DNA from: Macrostomum lignano
Lineage: Eukaryota
Length of the DNA stretch: 64,000 nucleotides
NCBI GenBank assembly: GCA_002269645.1
Contig: NIVC01001491.1
Span: 148,535-212,534 of the forward strand
Direction: 5' to 3'
Each line of letters opens with the position of its first letter. Positions within the stretch are counted from its first letter, which is position 1. A model generated the notes under the pieces. The model was not told the origin of the DNA, ran no database searches, and saw only the letters and a list, made by a program, of their open reading frames with translations. The position numbers and the translations under genes were made by a program. Below, piece after piece: positions 44,152-56,600 of the stretch.

Positions 44152-45480
44152 TTTCGTTCGTCCGAAGTCAAAATATGGTAAAATTGAAAGGTTAATTAGT
44201 TCGCTAACGATGAAAACTGGAAACTATGGCGTTGTCTGAACAGATTTTAAAAAACTTTTTTTGAACAGTAATTGTTTCTTCAAATATTACTCCAGTGGTT
44301 GTCTACATGTATATTTAAACAACTTCATACAATACTATCGCCGTAGTATTTCTGTTCTGACCTCAGTTGGTGCCTCAAAAGGCGTGACTACGCACTTCTT
44401 TCAAGCTCAGGAAGCAGGAAAATATTGGATTGCTATTAACTTTTCGCAAAAAATTTTTTGTTCAATTTTTATAGAAAATATTGGAAGAGATTATTTAGCT
44501 AGCCAGGAGTTTTACACATGATTCTTTTTGTCAAGAGTACGAGCGAATTATGCACTGTGCTCGTTTTGTGTTATAGATATTCTATTTACTCTAGAAAGTT
44601 TTTTAGGGTGGTTTGTAGCTCGTAGGTTTGGACGCACTCATCTTGACGTCGTCCGTTGTTAAATTTCAGCATCTTTCAGAGTCGTGTGGTGAGGAAAACA
44701 CACGCGTAGTGTCCTATTTAAGGCTTTAAATGATTTCTTTTCGAGTCATTGTATAATTATAACTTTAAACCAACTGGTTAATTAAGCGTCTTTTTCAATT
44801 GTTTGTCTCCAATTTTCGCAGTATTCACGCTCGTATTTAACTAAATGGAACGTATTACGAGCTAAAAAGCATATATATTTTGAATTATCGAAGTGCGTAT
44901 TTTTTTAACCTCAAAACTTATTAATCATGTGAAGAACAGTTTAGTTTCATAAAACGCTTTTTGGGGTATATACACGCTCAAAAAATCGCTTATTTTTAAG
45001 CAAAACAAAGAGTTCTTAAACAATTAATTACCCATAAAACTTTGTTTAAGTTACTTACGGGGATAAGGCATTTATTAAGGCACTTTATCAGATACCTCGT
45101 GCAGAATCAAACAGCTCAAAAGTTAAAGGCTGCATTATTCGACTCGAACTCACATGCAAACTAATCACAGACAAATATAACAAGAGTTATAAAGTGAAAA
45201 TCGATATGAATCCAGTATAATATGGAATTAAAAGTCAGGTGGTGAGTCACCTTTTGAGAGATGAAAGCATAAAATTAAGTCTTTCAGACTCAAAAAATAT
45301 CACTGCATTCCATACTCACTTTTAACGTGATGAAGCAGCCGTGGCAGGCTGGTTTCAATCGCGATGCTGCCAATCTTCTTCTCGTTTTGAATGACTGAAA
45401 TGAAAACGTTGATTGAATCTGGGGTGATTAACAGTAAAATACATTTTTTCTTTGTTGGATTGTGTTTTAAATGGTGTTTT

Positions 45481-45845
45481 TTTTATTAGATTAGAGGCAG
45501 GGGGGTTGTGTGCACCCTGGCGCACTTTAAGCGACATAGGCACACAACCGGCGAGAGGCATTACTGCCCATTCCGCCGACTCCCCTGAGCAGGCATACAA
45601 GCACGCGGATACGTACGCAGGCACACACTCACACAGGAGTGTACAGCGGCCCTAACTTTATATTAATCGTTAGGCATGTACACTTCACGGCGCCTTGGGG
45701 GGTTGGCTCTCAAGGCCGTTAATTGCACGAGCAGAGCCAAGCCGAGATTCCAATTCAGCCCCAAATTAATGTGACTGCACTTGGAATCGAGCCTGGGTCG
45801 CTGGCACACCAGAGCAGCTGCGCTACCGCTGGGCTACGGCCCCCG
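45481..45845 (-). mobile_element. SINE family 2, young copy with 14-bp TSD
   Basis: TSD TTAAATGGTGTTTT at 45467-45480 and 45846-45859. Confidence 0.92.
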
Positions 45846-46188
45846 TTAAATGGTGTTTTAGAAATCGAACAAACTCGGAGAAGAAGTATAGCTCGTAGAT
45901 CTATTTTTACCGTTACAGAAAATAACAAAAATTAAATATAAATATTAAATATTAAATATAAAAACTGACACTCTGCGGAACCTTTGTGAGAATTCTATTT
46001 ATCGGTTGATTTTTTATAATTCGGCTAAAGTAACTTGGTCACTCATTTAGTAGTCAATATATGATCCACTACACAAAACTTTAATGCCTTATAAAAGACC
46101 CACGAAACATTTCAACGTCTGTAGACCCCACGTCGATGTACGTCGCAGGCAATTGGGTATTTTGACGTTACGCCGAAGGACAATGACA

Positions 46189-49100
46189 TCATGCGTAGGT
46201 CAGAATTCGATGTAATGTATTAAATGTACAAATCTGCCCCGCAACATAGATGGACGTCGAAAACGTCTGCTGACCTAAATGACTTCAAATTGCAGACGGG
46301 AGAGAGAAATCTCTAAATCTCACGTGGAAACTCGTTCCAGATGCAGCGGTCCTGTTCGATACTGGGTTGCAGGCCGACTCTAGCCTCGCACAAGTCGCCG
46401 GCTGCCTTACAAGCCAGCGTGAATCGAAGCTCGACTGGATCAGCCAGTAGCAAGCTGGTTAGCTGCTTCCTCATTCCTTCTTCTGAGTAATCGAAGCGCC
46501 ATATATAGTCGAAGTTTAGGCGATAATCTCCAGGCTGAGACCACCCGGGTCTGGGGATGAGCACGCTGGGCGTGTGCGTATCCTCAGAGTCGTAATAGCC
46601 AGGTAGATTGAAGTAAACATAGCAGAATTGGTTGTTAAGTTTGGGATTTTCTAAGACCTCACTGTTCTCCATTAGATGCACAGTTGATATGGCGATGTCG
46701 CAGTGCCTCGAAACACTTTTCACTGTGAATGGTTTTTGTGTTTATGCTTTTTCTAGAATTTGAAGCGTTTACAAGGGTTAAAAGTCGAAAATACTTACTC
46801 CTATAATTCAGATGACTTCTGATGCTGATAGGTACAAATCTAAGTAGAGATTTTGGTAGCTCACGGCCGATCTCCAGTAGCAAGCTGGGCAAATCCGTGC
46901 TGATTTTGATGCTGCCCACCTGCTCGGTCCTCGCCATTACTAAAAGTTTTTGATAAAATTCATTACAAAATCCGAAATTCATATTTAGCGTTTTATGCAA
47001 AATCCAGAAAAAAGTAAGTTTACACGTACCAGGAAATCTCTTGTCTCTAACATTTTCGCCACGTCTTAAGTACTCATCGAGTTTTATAACAGACCTACCC
47101 AATTCAGTCTTAACGAAAGAGCTTGCCAAGTTTGGTGATTTGCAAAATACTTTGAACGCGATCTGCAGGTTTCCCTCGAGAATCGACTTGGCCAGCATCA
47201 GGCGGTTTTGGTAGTTGCCTGTCATGCTGTAGTCGTAAGTCTTTTCAAAATTGAAAGCAAGAAGGAACCCGTTTTTCGGAGATTGCACCGAATTCAGGAC
47301 TGGTCTCAAAAGAGACGTCATTGTTTCTTGAAGCTTGAAGCCGACTAGGTCAAATGCTACGTAGCACTTTCCCTTGCCAAGCTGTGAATTTGTCAAGACT
47401 TCAGATGAGCCGTTCAGTTGCACGTCAGCTATTCGCACAGTGCAGTTCTCAACGAAGGCTTCATCGAATTTGCGAATAGGCTGATTATTACCTGTAATCG
47501 AAAGGTACATGTCTGTCGTATCTATGGGAATGCATAGTTGTAAATATGAAGCCTCATTTATTTAATAGTTAAAATACAAGGATAGTTCGACATTGTCTCA
47601 CCCTCGGCTTCATTTTCCTCAGCAGTAGGTTTTTGGACGTCCTCAAACGAGTCTAACCGTTTCCTGATCGAAATTAGCAGACTCGGCAGGCTCATGCTGA
47701 TTTTGATGCTGCCAACTTTATTACCGTTTGACAGTACTAAAGATACAAGGGATACGTTTGTTGCGACAGCAATTCGGACACTATCAGCATGTGATGGTAA
47801 AAGCCACCTAGCTTTTTAACAGACAGTAGACAGTTTTTTAAACTCGTGAAACTTGACTGAAACCTGCATTGCTTGCATACTAGGAACTCAGATTAATGCC
47901 ATATGATTATCAATGCTATCATATAACACTGGGACTACTGAAACAAAGGGAAAACCACCGTTGGACTAGTTCCTGTTAATAATAGCTAAGAATTATATCA
48001 TTAAAAGTTATTCCTGTCTTTATTGTGCTACTCGGGTAAACGGATGACACATTTTGAGTCTCCCTAAGCCACCCACTGTCTATCTACCGATCGAAAAAAA
48101 CTCACGTGGAAAGCTTTGTTTTCGAATATCCTCGCCTCGAGCAACAAACTCGTCCATTTTGACAGTCGCCTTGCCAAGATCCATGTAGAATTCACTCTCT
48201 GAGTCGGACGGCTCGCAAGCTACCACGAACGGAATCTCGATGCACTTTCGTCTTAAAAGCAGCATAGTTAATATTTTGCTCTTGCTTGCGCTGCTGTAGT
48301 CGTAGACTCCTTGGAAATTGTAGCTGAGGCAGAACTCCTCAGGTCGCGACCTGCCCGGCCTGGGCGTCGGCACAGATCCAGGCGTTTCCGTCTCCTCGCT
48401 TCGGAAACCGGGTAGCGAGAAGAGCACGGAGCACTTGGTGTTGTCGAGTTCTGGCTTCCTCAAAACATCGCTTGTTTCACTGAGCTCCACATTGAATATC
48501 TGGACTTTACAGCTTTCCATAGTGAATGAAACTAAACCTAGTAGCTTTTTTAAGTCGTTCTAATTCTGTCTGGCATCGTTTAAATAGCAAGTTCGCAAAC
48601 TGCAACTTCAGCTGAACTTTGGAATCTAAGAGGGAAGGTGAAGTTCTTAGGTAAAAATTGTCCACCTTAATGAACTCCCACTTTCTCTGAGTAATTTGGG
48701 CTCTGGAATAATATTAGCAAAAAATGAAGTCAGAGATCTTCTACGTGCTGCAAAAGCCAATCTTCCTTTGTGCGAAAGAGAGTTAGAAATTGTCAGAAAA
48801 GTGGATGCGCTGCACACATCTTTGAGTACGTCATTGTGCATAATAAAATGGCAGCACTAAAATTAGCAGCTTACCCAAATGAAGTTCGCTTGATATTTTC
48901 TATTTATCTACCAAAATATAAAAATAAAAACGCTGAAACAATATCTAATTCATAATATAATCAGAATATAATTCTGAATTAGAAATAAAAACAAAAATTG
49001 CAAACTTATTCACTAAGAATCTACGATACACACACCGTAAAACATAACAAACGAGATTCTCTATAGATGTACATGTTAGTACAGGAAATTTAATTTAGAA

Positions 49101-51221
49101 ATAACCTGATGCATCAGTTACACAACCAATGAGCATATGCTTACATGTAAAGTTGAGCAAAATATTAGTAGCATGTACAGCTGATTCTAACGAGCGCACT
49201 GTTTTGATTTTAGCTCTCATAACTTTTTTAGCAGAATTTCAAACCACTTGGGCACTTTGAAATTGATAAGCTTTCTAGCTCTTTAAAAAAGTTATTGACT
49301 TTTTTTTACCCTCTGGTATTTCATCGCAGATTTCCCGCAGCAGACTGGGCAAGTTGGTGCTAATCGTGATGCTGCCAACAACTTCATCTCCGTTCAGTAC
49401 TGAAATAATAAAAAACGGCGTGTCTGGTGAACGACGCGTCTACTCGACATGTCCACTCAAAGCCCATTCTAATGACTTTTAAGCACGCACAAACATGAAA
49501 ACAATCATGAACTCATCAACTCAATCATGAAATTATCAACGCAATCATGAATCATCAACTCAATCATGATATCATCAACTCAATTATGAATCATCAATGT
49601 AATCATGAGATCATCAACTCAATCATGAATCATCAGCTCAATCAGGAAATAATCAACTCAATAACGAAATCATCAACTCAATTATGAATCATCAATGTAA
49701 TCATTAAATCATCAACTCAATCCATGAAATCATCAAGTCGATCATGAAATAATCAACTCAATCATGAAATTATCAACCAAAATCTTTAAATCATCATCTC
49801 ATTCATGAAATCATCAACTCGGTCATTAAACCATCAACTCAATCGTGAAATCATCAAATCAATCAATGAATCATCGACTCGATCATGAACTCCTGAACTC
49901 ATGAGTTTGATTATCATCAAAAGCGTGGATCATTCAAAATTAAGACCACAAAAGAACATCAAAAGTTAGTTAGGATAAAAAATTAAAGCGAATAAACTAC
50001 TCGTAATTAATTAACATGTCTTGAAAAAAACCTACACGGAAAGCTCTCGTCTTGAATGTCCTTGCCATCAGACACACGATCTTCGAGCTTGACGACCGCA
50101 GTGCCAAAATCCAAGAAGAACTCGCTGTCCTGATCCTCCGCCTCGCACACCAAGGTGAACGGAAGCTTAACTGGACTCGCCATTAACAGAGTGGCAAGCT
50201 GGATCCGCTTATTGTAATTTGTATCGTAGCTGTAGTCAAACCTCTTCTGGAAGTTAAACCGAAGATGGAAATCTTTTGCCTTGGTCCGGCCTGGTCTTGG
50301 CGTTGGTAGCGAGAGAGAAGTCTCCGTTTCATCCATATCAAAACCAGGTAGATCGAAGGACACAAAGCTGTTGGTGTTGTCGAGCTCGGGATTCTGTAGA
50401 GCTCGGGAAGATTGCTCTAGCTGGACACTCGATATACAAACTGTACACATCTCGCGCGAGTCTGCTTTAGAAGTCGACTGAGTCCTCCGACTGAGTGCTG
50501 AAGTTTGTTTCAGGTTTCAAACTCTTATTGAGAGTGTCTTTATGAGAAAATGACGAATAAATACAGAGTAAAATGGCAACAATAAAGCTTAAATTCTCAC
50601 AGTCTTTAATATGATCATCGGCAGCTGGATTCGTTTCTATGCAAACGGCGAGCAGTAAGCTGGGAATACTTGTGCTCAGTTTTATCGTGCCAACTTGCTC
50701 TTTGTAGTAGGAAAGCACTAAAATATAAAACATCCGATTGATAGTAGTTAAGGAATTGATTTCAATTTATTACCTACCGGTATTTTGTAAATATAACATT
50801 CTCAACCCGCACCAGGAAAGCTTTCCTTTTGGACGTCCTCCTTTCGAGCAATTCTATTATCGAGTCTGACAACGGCTCGGCCCAGATTAACTTCACTTTG
50901 CGATTCGTCCGGCAGGCACATCAAGGTAAAATTGACATCAGCATGATACCGGCTGAGCATATCATCCAGAGCCTGCCGCTTGCCCCTGCTCGAATAGTCG
51001 TATGAACTTTCGTAATCGAATTTCAAGACCAGATCCTGGCGTGTGGACGCTCCTGGTTTTCGGGTCGGCAGGATGGCGGGGGTCCTGGTGGCCTCCAGCT
51101 TATAGCCTGGCAGATCGAAAAGCACATAGAACTTTGAACTTCTCAGATTCAATCCTGCCAAATCAGGGCAAGTCTGGTCGAGCCGGACGCTGAATATTTT
51201 CACCACACAGCTTGATTCCAT
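46189..51221 (-). CDS. Poly-RID unit: five tandem RPGRIP1L-like RID domains, about 908 aa if spliced as one gene
   Basis: Exons 51221(ATG)-50813, 50717-50601, 50497-50036, 49399-49310, 48531-48106, 47736-47602, 47491-47030, 46939-46799, 46722-46324 and a tentative last exon 46274-46189. All introns are GT-AG phase 1 and I found no in-frame stop. Confidence 0.75.
49498..49920. repeat. Degenerate 19-20-bp tandem repeat (AATCATGAAATCATCAACTC)n in a poly-RID intron
   Basis: Direct reading. Confidence 0.85.
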
Positions 51222-52067
51222 GGCTCCGCTGTAAAATCCGTATAAAATCCATGTAAAATTCAGATATTATTAGGTTGATAAGAAAGTTCTCGCCGTTTCT
51301 AGAAAATTCCAGAAACTTTTTTTCCAGAATGTTCTGAATTACTGAATAACTTTGTTTGAATTACTTCGTTGAATAACTTTGTTGTTATACTCGTGAAATC
51401 TCGGTTTGTTGAAATGAAGAAAAAACGGCGAGAACTTTCTTATCAACCGGATATAATTATTATCAGTTGCTCTTTCTGCAAGCTTACCCAAATTGATGGT
51501 TCTTTACTATCAAGACTTGCAGTCAATATAATCGTACTTGCATATATGATTGCGAACTTATACACTGCTACAGAGAAATTCTGAAACTTTTTCTGCATTG
51601 TGGTTGGCTTTTTAGCGAGAGACAGTTTGCATTTTGAAAGACTCACAATTCGTTCCGATGGATGGACGTATGTACGAGTGAGCGCTCAGAAAGACTTACT
51701 CATGCATGATATGTGAGAGAACCATTTAATTTCGACAACTCTTACACTATTCATCACTGGTCTATTGTACGAGTACATTAAACTGCCTGCCAACTCTCTG
51801 AAATTAGCTATTATTGTGGAGTATGTGCGTACTTAGCATCCACATCTAGTCTGTCTGAGGTTTGCGTCCACTTTTTACAAAGCATTCTTTTATTAAAATG
51901 CGTCTAAACAGTCTCTAAGCGTAGCTTTCTGTATGCTAGAAAGACTACTGCACTCGTACATCCGTTTTAATAAGTTACATGTATTTAATTTTTCTCAAAA
52001 ATAGTGCATCGAACTCCTAAAGGACAGTTAATTGCTCGCTTTCTTATTTGAAAGTAAAATTCACTGC

Positions 52068-52415
52068 AGCCTAGTGGGTTGTAGCCTAGTGGGTTGTAGC
52101 CTAGTGGGTTGTAGCCTAGTGGGTTGTAGCCTAGTGGGTTGTAGCCTAGTGGGTTGTAGCCTAGTGGGTTGTAGCCTAGTGGGTTGTAGCCTAGTGGGTT
52201 GTAGCCTAGTGGGTTGTAGCCTAGTGGGTTGTAGCCTAGTGGGTTGTAGCCTAGTGGGTTGTAGCCTAGTGGGTTGTAGCCTAGTGGGTTGTAGCCTAGT
52301 GGGTTGTAGCCTAGTGGGTTGTAGCCTAGTGGGTTGTAGCCTAGTGGGTTGTAGCTTAGTGGGTTGTAGCCTAGTGGGTTGTAGCCTAGTGGGTTGTAGC
52401 CTAGTGGGTTGTAGC
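52068..52415. repeat. 15-bp minisatellite (GGGTTGTAGCCTAGT)n, about 23 units
   Basis: Direct reading; nearly perfect, one unit has CTT for CCT. Confidence 0.97.
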
Positions 52416-53606
52416 GAATATTATAAACTTTGTCCTAAAAAAAGCTTTCCATCTCCCTAATGATAAATCCTCGAACGAACTTTTAAACTGCGTCCTTTAG
52501 ATGTCCATGAAAACTTTCTCAAATTTGAGTCCCACACCGCCTTTCTAACAAAATATGTAGAGTGTACTAGCGTAAATAATAAATAAAAGTCCATTCGTGC
52601 CAATGCTGCAATTCCACTTGCATCGTTCAAAAACAGGTCTTTTGAAAGAGATTTTCTTACCATGTTTTACTCAGAATCTAAAAGTATTCTGATTTTTGCA
52701 TGTACTGCATTTGGTACTGTATGGTATTGAATGATGGGTCTTTGATCGAACCAAAAAGTCTGAATTTAGAGCAAACCTTGTTTCTTAGTTTTTTGAATTT
52801 GCTCGTATATTTTCTATCCGATATTTCGTGTCAGCTGATGGAGAATCTTTCATAACTCTAAATAACTTAACCAAATAAGCATTATTAGAAGAGGATATAG
52901 TTAAAATTAGATTTAAAATTTTCTCAGATCGACAACCGGCACATCTCAGGCGCATAACCCTTAGAAAAGCGTTTATTTCGCTTTTGAGTTACAAAGCAAT
53001 TTTTAACTTAACTTTATCCCTGCTCGTCGCAATCGCGCTAAAGTAGTTACGCTCGTAGAAGTAAAAGTATCAAATATTCAAATCGGTAAAGTACGAGATG
53101 CAGCATCTGCGATAGAAGATAGACAGGTTTTTTCGACATTTTTGTAGAAAATCACAGCGAGAAAGCGAAAGATCAGACGTCGAAATAATAAATAAATAGT
53201 TCTTAAGAGTACGAGCGTATTCCTTTACATAAATGTGGTGCGAGGTTTCTGAGAGTGCATGTTTACTCTTACAGAAATACCGAAAAGAGACAGTTCGTCT
53301 AAATTCTACCACAAAGTACCTTAACCGAAACGGGAACGAACCAGAAACTATTAGCAAGACACTCCAGGTGCCGATATTACCAAGCTACCATAACTAGCCA
53401 TAAATCTAAGAAAACTAGAAAATACGTAACACCATTTAGCTTCAAAACATGACACGTGCCAGACGTTATTATAACGTACAACAAAATCGCAGTGTACCAT
53501 GATGAGAATCGCATAAAGGTAATAAAATATCTGCAGGTTTTTTACAAAATCCATTACACTAAAATCAAGTCTAAAATTTCTTCAACAGCCAGAAGACAGA
53601 GCAGGA

Positions 53607-56600
53607 TTAGTTAACGAATCTGACGGCAGACTTTTTCGCGTCCGGGAGTTCGTTGTAGACCTCCAGTAGCAGGCTCGGCAGGTTCATGCTGATTTTGATG
53701 CTGCCCACTTGTTCATCGTTCAGCATTACTAAAATTGTTAGAAGACACATGGCATGATTAATGTGAGGTTTGGATTAGTCAAACTTATTTATTATTTACC
53801 AAATATTGAAAAAAATCTAAAATTACATATTACTACTAATGATAATAATTGATTACACCTGCCCAAAGGGTATTGCGTGGCGCATCTGAAGGCTGCGTAC
53901 GGCTGTTCAGTCCAAGGACTGGGGGGTCGCCAGACACCCTCAATTACCCCAGCTAACGCTGGCACCCTATTTACAGCTGGGTGAACTGAAGCAATGCAGA
54001 GTTGAGTGTCTTGCTCAAGGACACAAATTGTTCTGAGAGGGTCCAAAATCAAACAACCGACCTTTCAGTCGTTTGTCCAACGCTCTGTAACCACTAAGGC
54101 TACAACAAGTATTTGTGAAAATTTATTTCAAATAATCCTACTCGAGTTTTCACCCGAGTCAACTGGAACTCACGAGGAAAGATCTCTTCTCGAATGTCCT
54201 CGCCTTGAGCGATTCGATCGTCCAAATTGACCATCGTTTTGCCCAGATCCACGAAAAATTCGCTCTCTGGATCAGACGGCTCGCACACCACAGTAAACGG
54301 GATCTCAATACTCTTCTGTCCCAATAGCAGCATCGCCAGTACTTTGCGCTTCTCGTAGCTGCCGGCGAAACTGTAGTCGTAGACTCTCTGAAAGTTGTAA
54401 CTGAGGCAGAACTCATTGGGTCGGGACTGGCCGGGCCTGGGCGTCCAGAGAGACACTGGCGTCTCCGTCTCCTCCTGCGAGAAGCCAGGCAAGAGGAAGA
54501 ACACGTAGCACTTGGTGTCATCGAGGTCGGGATTTCTTAAAGCCTGGCAGGTCTCGCTAAATTGCACGTTGAATATCTGGACTGTGCAGGCTTCCATTGA
54601 AGCACGACCAGTAGCTGTCAGCATCAGCTGCTGGCGGAGCTCGTCCCCGTGGCTGCTCTCCGTCACCACGCCATCGGATTCCTCCGCCTCCGGTGCCGGA
54701 CGCTCTGTGTCCTCGTAGTCGTCCTCATACTCAACCTCCTCCACTTCGTCTTTCGGTTCCGCCTCGGCAACGTCGTAATTGTCGTCTCGCAGACTGACGG
54801 ATTGCTGATGCGAAGCGACGCCGCTTCTACCAACGCTTGGACCTGAAGAATTCGTGGAGTGTAGAATTCGCTTGGAGCTTGGAACTCTTGGTTTAGTCTT
54901 TATCTTCTGCAACCTGCTTATTCGTTTTTTAGACAAGCCCTGGGTCAGGGTCATTGACAATGCCGAACTCACCTAACGATGTATTTCTCACGTCCTGCGT
55001 ATCCGTGATGCTAGTTACGCTGTCGGTGACGGATGCTAAAGTGATGAAACCAGTTAGGAAAATTTTAGCAGCCTTGCTTTAGCCAGAAATAGTACTAACA
55101 GTAGGTTGATTAAACATGCATAGGCCTACCGTCCATGAGGGTGCTGACCCGAGTCTGGCTCGCCTGCGTATCGCCAGCGCCACCGCTGCCGCCGATGCCA
55201 AGCCGACGCTCTGCCGCGGCAGCGGCTAAAGCGGCGGCCGACGGCGCGTGCCGTTTCGGCGGTTGCGGCGTCTGAGACACCTGCGGCTGAATTTGGAGTT
55301 GGGATTCAAAAATACAGCTAGCTAAAAAATAAACTTCAGTAATTTTTTTATTATCTTGTCAACACTACCAACCTGATTGTCCCCAGTCAGAGATCCCGAC
55401 CGACTGCCAGTTCGTGCACTCGGTCGTGGCGACGACGATCCCGACGCTGAATTCGGTGCTACAGCCGACGCTGTTGGCGATGGACCATGGCTGCTTCCGC
55501 TGGCACTTCCTGTGCCTCGGCGCGGGGTTCTCGGCTGCTGAACTGGCTGTGGCTGCGGCTGCTGGGGCTGAGGTCGCTGCTGCGTGCTTCTCGCTGATCC
55601 GGTGTCGGATCCCAAGGCCACCGCCGCGCTGCGATCAAGAGTAGAGTCATACCCAGGTTCCCGACGGTGCTTCAACTGCGGCTTGTCTCTCAGCAGTTCA
55701 GCTTCGCCAGTCATCAGTGGCAGAGGCTCGGCAGGTCCGTCCCAATGACCAGCTGGATTGTACGCAAACTGCCAGCTGAGCTCAAGCTCCAGAGTGCCGT
55801 TCGGCTGCTGATCAGCTCCAAGTAGTTGGTAGATGCCCTGCACAGCCCGGTTCTGGCTTAAGGACACTAGATCGATCTACATGGGGATAGATAGGGGATT
55901 AGTAATGGGGTTAAATCGGTAAGAATAAGAATTTTTTGAGCCTTGAATATGCGAGAAATATGAAAAGTTTAATCATGGCTGTTAAAACGTGTCTAAATCC
56001 TTATTGAAAACAATGAATGACATCAAAGTCACCTTAGCAACGCCTAAGTAGGCGCTTTCAAGAGGATCGTCTTCGTCCAGCACCCAGACGACGAGCTTCT
56101 GCGTCTTCAAATAGCGATCCAACTCTGGGGTCGGCGTCAGAGTCAGCTGCTGGTAGAATTGGAACTCTGGATCGCTCGAGTTTGGGATGGCTGGTGAAAC
56201 AGTGTCCTCACAATCGAAGAACTTGTAGGAGCAGTACGGCGTCGGCTGGAAGTCCGGTCGGCGAGCTTTCAAGCCTCGACAGCGGACGATCTTCACGCCC
56301 AGAGTGTTGGCACCGCCGGCTGCGCGACGATTCTGCGCCAGGTCGTCGAGCGCTTTAAGGCCCTCCGCGGCCGCTTGGTGATTGGCCGACATGTAGCCAA
56401 GAGCCTTGGCGCGCTCCCGGTAGAGCCGCATCGCCTGCTCCATGGGCACCCGCATCCGCATCCAGTAGTCCAGGCAGCCCACCACCGTGCCTCCGTCCAC
56501 CGACACCAGCTGAGCTCGGCCGGACACCGGGGCGGTCGGTTTCGAGTCGAGCAGCTCGCGGAAGTAAAGTCGACAAGCGGCCACTTGGTGATAAGTGACG

